Origin: an uncultured Burkholderiaceae bacterium
Lineage (GTDB): Bacteria; Pseudomonadota; Gammaproteobacteria; Burkholderiales; Burkholderiaceae_F
Assembly (NCBI GenBank): GCA_944390675.1
Contig: CALXQR010000003.1
Coordinates: 123,896-163,895 of the forward strand
DNA length: 40,000 nt
Direction: 5' to 3'
A program made the position numbers and the translations under genes. The notes under the pieces are model-generated. The model was not told where the DNA came from. It did no database searches and saw only the letters and a list, made by a program, of their open reading frames with translations. Below, one piece after another: positions 33,186-40,000 of this stretch. The number at the start of each line of letters is the position of its first letter. Within the stretch, counting starts at the first letter, position 1.

Positions 33186-33311
33186 TACGCAGAGTACAGG
33201 CTTTGCCTAATCCCGCGGCTGGATCTTTTGGCCTTCTCGAAAGGGAAAACACACAAAGGGAATGAGGTGCGGCTAGTAGCAATAAGCGAACGTCGTGCCT
33301 CATACATTTCA

Positions 33312-34337
33312 ATGAAAAGACATGGACATCTTTGGGACAAGCTCGTGGATCCTGAAAATCTGCGGCTTGCGATCAAGAATGCCTCAAGGGGGAAGCGCTG
33401 GCAGCGCAAAGTTAAAAAAGTGCTTGCCAGGGAGGATGAGTGTGTGCAGGAATTGCACAACATGCTCATCAGCGGCCAATACCATACAGCAAAGTACAAA
33501 ACAAAGGTCATATACGAACCCAAGCAGCGCACAATCTTCATTTTGCCGTTTTATCCGGATCGAATAGTGCACCATGCCATCATGCAAGTGTTGGAGCCCA
33601 TTTGGGATGGGCTTTTGATCTCCGATTCCTACGCTTGTCGAATTGGCAAAGGTCAGCACGCCGGATCTCGGCGGTGCATGCAATGGACAAGGCAATTTAA
33701 GTATTGCTTGAAATGTGATGTGAGCAAGTTTTATCCCTCGCTCGATCATGAGGTCCTCAGAAAAATCATTCGTAAGAAACTCAAGGATCCGTTCCTTTTG
33801 AATCTTTTGGATGAGATTATCGGCAGTGTGCCAAATGGCAAAAATGTACCGATTGGAAATTACTTGAGCCAATGGTTTGGCAATATCTACCTCAATGAGC
33901 TTGACACCTTTATTAAGCAAGAAAAGCGAATCAAGCCCTATTTGCGCTATTGCGATGATTTCGTCATTTTTTCAAACGACAAAAGCGAGCTTCATGCGCT
34001 TGCCGGTGAAATCAAAGATTTCCTTGGCAGCAAGTTGCTCTTGCGTTTGAGCAAGTGTGAAGTTTTTCCGGTAACTCAGGGAATTGATTTTCTTGGATAT
34101 CGTCATTTTCCGCAAGGTTACATTCTGGTGAGGAAATCGACGGCCAAGCGAGTCAAAAAACGGATGTCGGTTGTATTGCATGAATTGGAGTCAGGCAGGC
34201 TGACGGTTGAGAGAGCGACCGCGAAAGTGGCCAGCACCGAAGGGTGGCTTAAACATGCCAACACGAGGCATTTCAGTTTGTCATTAAAACTGGCAGAGAT
34301 CAAAAAGGAGATAGCAAATCATGAAAAAGTTCAGTGA
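33312..34337 (+). CDS. DGR reverse transcriptase
   Basis: MKRHGHLWDKLVDPENLRLAIKNASRGKR N-terminus, SYACRIGKGQHAG, DVSKFYPSLDH, the DGR-specific IGNYLSQWFGNIYLNELD, the catalytic RYCDDFVIF, and GIDFLGYR. Confidence 0.9.
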   Translation: MKRHGHLWDKLVDPENLRLAIKNASRGKRWQRKVKKVLAREDECVQELHNMLISGQYHTAKYKTKVIYEPKQRTIFILPFYPDRIVHHAIMQVLEPIWDGLLISDSYACRIGKGQHAGSRRCMQWTRQFKYCLKCDVSKFYPSLDHEVLRKIIRKKLKDPFLLNLLDEIIGSVPNGKNVPIGNYLSQWFGNIYLNELDTFIKQEKRIKPYLRYCDDFVIFSNDKSELHALAGEIKDFLGSKLLLRLSKCEVFPVTQGIDFLGYRHFPQGYILVRKSTAKRVKKRMSVVLHELESGRLTVERATAKVASTEGWLKHANTRHFSLSLKLAEIKKEIANHEKVQ

Positions 34338-34605
34338 CTTTGCGGATGAGCAAGGGCTCGTTGGAGAAAAAATGCCCGTCGCTGAGGTTTTCAATAAAAC
34401 CATTGTCGTGACCGGTTTTCGCGTCATCGACTCTAAAGCAGTCAAGGGCAAACGCTGCCTGCAGCTGCAGTTTGAACTGGACGGCGAAAAGCATGTGCTT
34501 TTCAGTACCAGCGAAGTGCTGTTGCGGCAAACCGAAAAATATGCCGAGCATATTCCGTTTGAAACGGTTATTAAAAAGGTCGGCAGTTATCACACATTTA
34601 CTTAG
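34321..34605 (+). CDS. Hypothetical protein (94 aa) translationally coupled to the RT
   Basis: The ATG overlaps the RT 3' end by 17 nt. No family recognised, and it is not Avd-like by eye. Confidence 0.6.
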   Translation: MKKFSDFADEQGLVGEKMPVAEVFNKTIVVTGFRVIDSKAVKGKRCLQLQFELDGEKHVLFSTSEVLLRQTEKYAEHIPFETVIKKVGSYHTFT

Positions 34606-34614
34606 GTGATCAAA

Positions 34615-34926
34615 ATGCAAGGTTTTCCGAAAACTTTAAACACCCGCGAGGATTATGAATATGTCCGTTTGAATTTTGCAAAAGAGCTCTGGGCTCCTGA
34701 GTTTCAGGCTCTTTTGGATTCGAATTACGGATGGTTTTTCGTCAAGGAATTGGGCGAGGATGAACCTGGCGTGACCGATGACACGCATAAGGTTGAAGAG
34801 CAGCACGACACGTCCGGCGATGCCGAAAAAGTGGTGCGCTATCAGTTTGAATATCGAGAGGTTGAAAACAGCAAACTCAAGCGCTTGGGATATAGCGTTT
34901 CAGAGGTGCAAACATTGCTTCAATAA
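34615..34926 (+). CDS. Hypothetical acidic protein (103 aa), last gene of the DGR unit
   Basis: AGGTGA RBS before ATG 34615. Followed by a strong terminator. No family recognised. Confidence 0.6.
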   Translation: MQGFPKTLNTREDYEYVRLNFAKELWAPEFQALLDSNYGWFFVKELGEDEPGVTDDTHKVEEQHDTSGDAEKVVRYQFEYREVENSKLKRLGYSVSEVQTLLQ

Positions 34927-34948
34927 AGTTTTCGGAGAGCAATAAGAA

Positions 34949-34972
34949 ACCCGCCAGCGTGCGGGTTTTTTA
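34949..34972 (+). terminator. Rho-independent terminator closing the fibre/DGR unit
   Basis: ACCCGC-cagcgt-GCGGGT followed by TTTTTT. Confidence 0.7.
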
Positions 34973-34995
34973 TTGCCTCCGATCAGGAGAAAACA

Positions 34996-35460
34996 ATGTT
35001 GACAACGATTTTGCCTCAGGGCGCAGAAAGATCTCTCATGATTTTAGGTGGCACCGTGGGCGGATTTTTAAGTTTTGCATTCGGAGATATAGGCCCGCTT
35101 TTTATGTGGCTGATTATTTTCGTATGCATCGATTTTATTACAGGGACATTGGCCTCTATTGTCCGGGGGACCTGGACCAGCAAGCAGTGCGGTATCGGAG
35201 TCATCAAAAAGGTTCTGTACTTCTGCATTGTGGCCTTGGCTCACGGGCTTGATGTCGTTTTTAGTTCGCTCATTCATGTTGAGATTTTGCAATCGATTGT
35301 TATCTGCGCCTACGCGGCTGGGGAAGTCGGCAGCATCTTGGAAAACATTGAGGCTTGTGGATTTGGCAGCGTCATTCCGTCCGGCATTCGTCGATTGATC
35401 AAAGCGCTTAATGAACGGGTTGAAAACGCTGTGGATGATTTTGAGGGAGGAAAAAAATGA
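34996..35460 (+). CDS. Holin (Phage_holin_4_1 / TcdE-like family)
   Basis: WLIIFVCIDFITGTLASIVRGTWTSKQCGIGVIKKVLYFCIVALAHGLD matches the family pattern. Several TM helices; lies directly upstream of the lysozyme gene. Confidence 0.75.
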   Translation: MLTTILPQGAERSLMILGGTVGGFLSFAFGDIGPLFMWLIIFVCIDFITGTLASIVRGTWTSKQCGIGVIKKVLYFCIVALAHGLDVVFSSLIHVEILQSIVICAYAAGEVGSILENIEACGFGSVIPSGIRRLIKALNERVENAVDDFEGGKK

Positions 35461-35912
35461 AAGCGGACAGTTTTGGTGCGTTTCAGCCGGCAATCGCTGC
35501 AGATTTTGTGGCGCAGTTTGAAGGCTTGAGACTTAAGACTTATCGATGCCCTGCTGGGGTTTTAACGATCGGCTATGGGCATACCGGTCCCGATGTGACG
35601 GAGGATCTTGAAATTACCGAACAGAGAGCCAAGGTGCTTCTTTGTGAGGATCTTGCAAAACATGCGCAAGCCCTTTCCCGGTACGTCAATATTCCAATTA
35701 ACGCCAATCAGTTCATTGCGCTGCTTTCCTTGGCGTTCAATGTCGGCGTGCATGCCGTGGCCAGTTCAACTCTCTTGCGACTGATCAACACGGGGCGCAT
35801 CCAGGAGGCTGCAGACCAGTTTCTGCGCTGGAATAAGTCCGGCGGCAAGGTGCTCGATGGCCTGACTCGCCGGCGCGAAGCAGAAAAGGAGTTGTTTTTA
35901 AAAGATGAGTAA
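35457..35912 (+). CDS. Endolysin, GH24 lysozyme
   Basis: FEGLRLKTYRCPAGVLTIGYGHTG and NQFIALLSLAFNVG motifs. ATGA overlap with the holin gene. Confidence 0.85.
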   Translation: MKADSFGAFQPAIAADFVAQFEGLRLKTYRCPAGVLTIGYGHTGPDVTEDLEITEQRAKVLLCEDLAKHAQALSRYVNIPINANQFIALLSLAFNVGVHAVASSTLLRLINTGRIQEAADQFLRWNKSGGKVLDGLTRRREAEKELFLKDE

Positions 35913-36342
35913 GTACCTTTACGCGATCTGCGCTCTGGCTGGGTTTGTCTTGGGGTGGTTCGTTACTTCGTCTGGGTATAAGGCGGAAATCGCGGACATG
36001 GAAAGAGAAAATGCTCGAGCCGTTGAAAAGTTAGTGGAGTCACACAATGAAAAACTGGAAAACGAAAGTCGGGTACTGGCTCAAGCTATTAGCGAGCGTG
36101 ATGCTGAGATTGATCGTGCTCGCCGGCTTGAGCTTGATCTTGCTCGTTATGCTCAGCGGTTGCGCGACGCGCAGCGTGCCAGTAGAGTGCCCGCAGCCAA
36201 CACCGATTCCGGCCAGTCTGGTAAGCGATCAGACGACCGCTGTGGAGAGTTGCTTGTCCGACTTTCGGAAAGCGGTTCAGGATGCTGCGTATTACTTGGA
36301 AAGCTTAACACGGACCGGAACGCAGTAAGAAAGCTGCAGTGA
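35905..36342 (+). CDS. i-spanin (Rz-like)
   Basis: N-terminal TM helix YLYAICALAGFVLGWFV followed by a charged coiled region. Located after the endolysin gene. Confidence 0.7.
   Translation: MSKYLYAICALAGFVLGWFVTSSGYKAEIADMERENARAVEKLVESHNEKLENESRVLAQAISERDAEIDRARRLELDLARYAQRLRDAQRASRVPAANTDSGQSGKRSDDRCGELLVRLSESGSGCCVLLGKLNTDRNAVRKLQ
36101..36328 (+). CDS. o-spanin (Rz1-like lipoprotein) embedded in the +1 frame of the i-spanin gene
   Basis: MLRLIVLAGLSLILLVMLSGC has the lipobox L-S-G-C, followed by a Pro-rich mature part (CPQPTPIP). The gene lies entirely within 35905-36342. Confidence 0.65.
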   Translation: MLRLIVLAGLSLILLVMLSGCATRSVPVECPQPTPIPASLVSDQTTAVESCLSDFRKAVQDAAYYLESLTRTGTQ

Positions 36343-36347
36343 ATTTT

Positions 36348-36374
36348 GCCCGGGCGCGCCCCGGGCTTTTTTTT
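36348..36374. terminator. Bidirectional terminator between the lysis cassette and int
   Basis: GCCCGGG-cgcgc-CCCGGGC followed by TTTTTTTT. Confidence 0.75.
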
Positions 36375-37737
36375 ATTCAATGCCGAGCGTTTTCTTTTTA
36401 ATGGCTGAAACTTCGCTCATGCAGAACTTAGCCCAGGCATCAAAGACCAGTCGCATTTCTCCAATCGCCTGGTCGCGATCATAGGCACAAGAGTAGTTTT
36501 CATGGCTGTGATCCAAGCAGCTTTCACGGATATCCCAAGAAAATTGAGGATGGTTAAAGCCGCTTGCATCTTTTGCCCAGGTGTTGAAAGTCGCTCGAGC
36601 AAGTCCATGAGGCGTCACTCGACGCGGAAAACCGGTGGGGTTGAGTTGATTGAGATCCACCCAGCCGATGCCGTCAAGCTTTTTCTTTTCCATGTGCAGC
36701 GTTTTGATAGGCTTTGAGAGGCCGTCAAGTGACATGGGTTCAAATCGTCCTTCTCGGATGTTTGGAAAGACAAAAGGACACTCAAGTTCGAAGCGCGGAG
36801 CGGTTTTCAAAAGCCAAAGCGCTTCAGGCGACAAAGGTGTTTTTCTGTCGAAAGGGATCTTGTTCTTTTTCACTTTCATGCGCTCGCGAGGGATGACGTG
36901 CATGGATCCTTTTGGGGAATCCCAGACGATTTCATCCCATCGGGCTTCTCTGGCAGTGGAGTTTCTGGCTGCCGTGAGGATGGCAAAGGCGAGACACCGT
37001 GCGCCCTGAGAGGTTCGCACGTGATCGAGCAGCGCGGCAAAAAACGCCGGCATTTGATCCGGTGGCAAGGCTGGTTCATTGCCGCTTTGCGGCCGCTGCA
37101 GAGGCAGGAGATCTCCGAGACGGCCATCTTTGACTTGGGCCGGATTGGGGCCTGCAGGGATGAGTTTTTCTCGCATAGCCCAGTCGATGGCCTGTTTGAG
37201 ATCCGACAGGATTCTTTCAGGTGTGTCGATCATTGTGCGCCATTTTTCAGCGAACACGTCAGCCAGGCGCTCAGCGGTTAGTTGAATGACCGGCATTGTG
37301 GCCACGTCAACCGGTACATGATTGCGCAGATACCCGAGCCATAACTCATCCCGGGGGCGTGAGGCGTCAGCCCAGCGGCCACGTGCCACATTGAAGTCAA
37401 TCCACTTGAAAATCAACTCCTCAACGGTCAGGCTTTTGTGCTGGATGGCCATACGTTTGATTTTTTGCTCTTCAGATGGATCTATGCCTTCATCGAGCTT
37501 TTTGCGCCAGTCTGCAGCCTTTTTGAAGGCTTCGGCCAGAGACATTTCTGGATAGGCTCCCAGGGCAAAATGGCGTGTTGCTCCGTTTCTTTGATAGCGC
37601 AGGAAAAAATACTTTCGAATGTAGCCGTTTTGCAGTTTTGATACCTTGATAATGAGGCCAGGGACGCCGCCGCAGGAGGTTGTTTTTGTGATGCTCTGCA
37701 GCTTTTTGTCGGTGATCTTGGGGAGCAGCTTTGGCAT
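36373..37737 (-). CDS. int: Tyrosine integrase, P4-type (DUF4102 arm-binding N-terminus)
   Basis: GLIIKVSKLQNGYIRKYFFLRYQRNGATRHFALGAYPEMSLAEAFKKAADWRKKLDEGIDP is the N-terminal domain. The C-terminal catalytic region has ...TPHGLARATFNTWA... and HSHENYSCAYDRD (catalytic Tyr). Start at MPKLLPK with an AGGA RBS. Confidence 0.9.
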   Translation of the reverse strand: MPKLLPKITDKKLQSITKTTSCGGVPGLIIKVSKLQNGYIRKYFFLRYQRNGATRHFALGAYPEMSLAEAFKKAADWRKKLDEGIDPSEEQKIKRMAIQHKSLTVEELIFKWIDFNVARGRWADASRPRDELWLGYLRNHVPVDVATMPVIQLTAERLADVFAEKWRTMIDTPERILSDLKQAIDWAMREKLIPAGPNPAQVKDGRLGDLLPLQRPQSGNEPALPPDQMPAFFAALLDHVRTSQGARCLAFAILTAARNSTAREARWDEIVWDSPKGSMHVIPRERMKVKKNKIPFDRKTPLSPEALWLLKTAPRFELECPFVFPNIREGRFEPMSLDGLSKPIKTLHMEKKKLDGIGWVDLNQLNPTGFPRRVTPHGLARATFNTWAKDASGFNHPQFSWDIRESCLDHSHENYSCAYDRDQAIGEMRLVFDAWAKFCMSEVSAIKKKTLGIE

Positions 37738-37749
37738 ATCATTTCCTTT

Positions 37750-37817
37750 TATAAGTAACAATGAAATTTCCCGGATCGCAAAAACGGTGTTTTTGTTACT
37801 TATAGTTGTTACTTATA
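37750..37817. repeat. Candidate integrase arm-type binding sites
   Basis: TTGTTACTTATA at 37793-37804 and 37806-37817 (tandem), and its reverse complement TATAAGTAACAA at 37750-37761. They lie between int and the att core. Confidence 0.55.
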
Positions 37818-37920
37818 AACGCGAGCTTGTGGCAAAAGCGGGCGACAGTGGGCAATAAACTTTTTGCGGAAAAATCGCTCGGAAAGCCTTTGTTTGTAAG
37901 GAAAAGGATAGCAAAGGGCA

Positions 37921-37953
37921 ACAAAAAAAGCGACCTGGCAACAAGGTCGCTTT
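37921..37953 (-). terminator. Rho-independent terminator of tRNA-Pro (on the prophage side of the junction)
   Basis: AAAGCGACCT-ggcaaca-AGGTCGCTTT followed on the minus strand by a T-run. Related in sequence to the hairpin at 2456-2476. Confidence 0.65.
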
Positions 37954-37961
37954 TGGAATCC

Positions 37962-38038
<77 letters not shown>

Positions 38039-38051
38039 ACAATCCGCGCTG

Positions 38052-39074
38052 TTAAGCCTTGCGCTCAACAACGAAGGACAGCAATTCTATCAGAGAATTT
38101 TTGAAAATGGAAGGCCTCAAGCAGTCGAGTGCGCGCTTTCCTTTTTCAAGCTCCTGCGCGGCGCGTGATTTGCATTTTTCGATAGCGCCGCTTTGCTGAA
38201 TAATGGCGGAAATTTTTTCAAAATCCCCGTGTCCGTTTCGAATGGCTTCTTCCACAAAAGCGCGATCTTCCGACGAGCAGCTTTGCAAAGCGTAAATGAC
38301 GGGCAACGTGACCTTGCCTTCTGCGAAGTCTGCGCCGATTTGTTTACCGCTTTGGGAGGGGTCGCCCGAGTAGTCCAGAATATCGTCGGCGATTTGGAAT
38401 GCGTTGCCGAGAGCCATTGTGTAGTCAATAAGCGCCTTTTCTTCCTCTTCAGACGCTTGAGCGAGGGCACTAGCCATTTTTGCCGCCGCCGCGAAAAGAA
38501 CGGAAGTTTTACGTTCAATGACTTTAAGGTAACGAGCCTCATCAACGCTTGGGTCATGAGCGTTTTTCATTTGAATGACTTCGCCTTCGCTAAGCGTATT
38601 TGCTGCGCTGGCGAGCGCCTGCATCACACGCAGGTTTCCGATGCGAATCATCATTTCAAACGAGCGGGTGTACATAAAGTCGCCCACTAAAACCGCCACA
38701 CTGTTGCCCCAAGTCGCATTAGCCGTGGGGCGGCCGCGACGCATCTTGCCTTCGTCCACAACGTCATCATGCATGAGGGTTGCGGTATGCAGCATCTCAA
38801 TGGTGGCGCCCAACTCTCTGTGATTGGTACCCTCATAGCCCAAAGCTCTTGCCATCAGCATCAGCAGGGCAGGGCGCATACGTTTGCCGCCGGCCTGTGT
38901 GATGTAAGAGCCAATTTCTGTAATGGTGGGACTTTGACTGTGGGAAAATTCCCGGGCAAGAATGCCGTCGACAGCTTTTAAGTCGTCAGCAATCGGTGCC
39001 AGTACAGTGCGGGCAGATTTCTTTTGAGAGCTTGTTTCATTCATAGTGAAAGCCATTATACGCATACGGCCCAA
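38052..39074 (-). CDS. ispB: Octaprenyl-diphosphate synthase (trans-polyprenyl diphosphate synthase)
   Basis: First aspartate-rich motif LMHDDVVDEGKMRRGRPT, second FQIADDILDY, plus GKRMRP. The start is uncertain; the internal MNETSS is possible. Confidence 0.9.
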   Translation of the reverse strand: MGRMRIMAFTMNETSSQKKSARTVLAPIADDLKAVDGILAREFSHSQSPTITEIGSYITQAGGKRMRPALLMLMARALGYEGTNHRELGATIEMLHTATLMHDDVVDEGKMRRGRPTANATWGNSVAVLVGDFMYTRSFEMMIRIGNLRVMQALASAANTLSEGEVIQMKNAHDPSVDEARYLKVIERKTSVLFAAAAKMASALAQASEEEEKALIDYTMALGNAFQIADDILDYSGDPSQSGKQIGADFAEGKVTLPVIYALQSCSSEDRAFVEEAIRNGHGDFEKISAIIQQSGAIEKCKSRAAQELEKGKRALDCLRPSIFKNSLIELLSFVVERKA

Positions 39075-39123
39075 ATAACATAAGGGAGAGCCGAGGCTCT
39101 CCCTAGTGCAGACTCATAAAGAG

Positions 39124-40000
39124 TTAAGCGTTTTGAGTCGCCGGAGCTGTTTGCTGATTCGCAGAGGCTGCGTTTAGCTTTTGCTGCAGCATGGCGATGA
39201 TTTCGTAGTGGTTAACCAACTCGCGGGCAAAGAGCAGGAAGCTCAAATAAAGTTCGCAGCCGCGAGAGGAGAAGCCATCTTCGGGGCCATTCAAAAGCAT
39301 CTTTTCCTGGATGACTTCAATACGAGCCAAAAGCGTTTGAGCGTTGGCATGCAAGGCGTTGATATCACCCTTGTTGTTGTGATTGCCAACGATTTCAAGC
39401 AGCAATTGCGACAAGTCTGCCAAATCCTGGGCCAATTCGCCTTGGAACGTTCTGTGGCGGTTAGCGATATGGTCTTTGGTGAGACGAGCCAAGTTTTGCA
39501 AGGAACGACCAACATCTCTCAAATTGGTAAACGTGCGGAAGTAGCTGTAGCGAGCATCGAAGTCTTCTTTGCTCGGTTTGTACCCCGGCGTTTCCATCTT
39601 GTAGTACTTGCTTCGCTCATGAGTGAGCTTGTCGAAGTTTTCGTTGGCCTGCAGTTTCAACTGGCGCAAACCGCTTTCGTCATCGTTGAGGAATTTTTCA
39701 ACGATATTGTTGTAAAGCGTAAGGGTCGAGAGCAGGTTTTCGCCGACACGTTGATTCAAGATTTCGCGAATCTTCGTGAGGTCGTAACGAATAGCTTGTT
39801 CGGCTTTGAATTTTGCTTCCTGTTCCTTAAAGCGCATATTGCTCTTGACGATCAGGAAGAAGGCCAACAAGGCCAACAAGAAGGCAACAAAGCCGCCGCC
39901 AATGAAAATAACGAGACAAACAACCGCGGCCAAGGTGCTCGCCGTCAAAGCTGTCAAGAACCAACCGCTGATCACCGTAAGAACACCGGAAATACGATAA
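39124..40000 (-). CDS. Membrane protein, partial (reading frame open to the right window edge); function unassigned
   Basis: The frame stays open upstream of the track start (a GTG at 39975) to position 40000. A hydrophobic segment (LTALTASTLAAVVCLVIFIGGGFVAFLLALLAFFLIV) is followed by a ~230-aa helical soluble domain. Confidence 0.55.
   Translation of the reverse strand, partial: YRISGVLTVISGWFLTALTASTLAAVVCLVIFIGGGFVAFLLALLAFFLIVKSNMRFKEQEAKFKAEQAIRYDLTKIREILNQRVGENLLSTLTLYNNIVEKFLNDDESGLRQLKLQANENFDKLTHERSKYYKMETPGYKPSKEDFDARYSYFRTFTNLRDVGRSLQNLARLTKDHIANRHRTFQGELAQDLADLSQLLLEIVGNHNNKGDINALHANAQTLLARIEVIQEKMLLNGPEDGFSSRGCELYLSFLLFARELVNHYEIIAMLQQKLNAASANQQTAPATQNA

Noticed and set aside
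33168-33311. N-terminal 48 codons of the track ORF for the reverse transcriptase
   Set aside because: The extension begins inside TR and lacks an RBS. The conserved DGR-RT N-terminus (MKRHGHLWDKL...) starts at ATG 33312.
32529-33312. ORFs 32529-32879 (+), 32570-32959 (-), 32697-32924 (-) and 33013-33312 (-), with similar peptide sequences
   Set aside because: They are alternative-frame and antisense readings of the VR and TR repeats, which explains their mutual similarity. The fibre frame ending at 32887 is the real coding frame for VR, and TR is noncoding.
34959-35252. 97-aa ORF overlapping the start of the holin gene in another frame
   Set aside because: It begins inside the terminator hairpin and has no RBS. 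The holin frame (34996-35460) has a family-typical sequence and an AGGAG RBS.
36417-37858. Multiple small ORFs on both strands within and next to the integrase gene (for example 36898-37281 +, 36650-37009 +, 37482-37742 -, 37646-37858 +)
   Set aside because: They are alternative-frame or antisense ORFs inside a well-supported 454-aa integrase gene, or they lie over the arm-type repeat region. None has independent support.
38117-38981. ORFs 38117-38557 (-), 38193-38690 (+), 38575-38823 (+) and 38769-38981 (+)
   Set aside because: They are alternative-frame or antisense ORFs within ispB, whose frame carries both DDxxD motifs.

Overview
The window is dominated by one integrated temperate prophage of about 35.5 kb (roughly 2486-37982). 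It is inserted at the 3' end of a tRNA-Pro(CGG) gene and bounded by an imperfect 20/21-bp direct repeat of the tRNA 3' end. Host DNA on the left holds a partial LOG/PpnN-like gene (minus strand, runs off the window, missing from the ORF track) and a stand-alone OLD-family ATPase/Toprim nuclease. Host DNA on the right holds tRNA-Pro, ispB and a partial membrane protein. Prophage order, left to right: a noncoding arm; small accessory genes (including DUF2335) and an AlpA/Xis-like gene; a divergent cI (S24 repressor)/cro switch; a Rha-family regulator; and a Toprim primase/SF3 helicase followed by an iteron-type origin. Next come a Q-like antiterminator with a PR'-like promoter plus terminator, and a moron cluster (SieB-like exclusion protein, small membrane proteins). 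The packaging/head module is lambda-like: small terminase, GpA terminase, gpW-like protein, lambda-type portal and an HK97 protease-capsid fusion. The contractile tail and baseplate are P2/Mu-like: sheath, tube, gpE/E+E' with a T_TTT_TTG slippery site, tape measure, X, D, V, U, W, J, I. These are followed by a gpH-like tail fibre, a lysis cassette (holin, GH24 lysozyme, nested spanins) and a P4-type tyrosine integrase. The most notable system is a diversity-generating retroelement (DGR) acting on the tail-fibre C-terminus. VR (32730-32865) and TR (33050-33185) differ at 20 positions, 19 of them TR adenines, and a DGR-type reverse transcriptase follows. This DGR is atypical in three ways: no avd gene lies between VR and TR; two unrecognised small ORFs are translationally coupled to the RT; and a near-consensus promoter upstream of TR has a C9 homopolymer in its spacer, a possible phase-variable switch. 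Function calls rest on motif and family recognition by eye; no database search was run.
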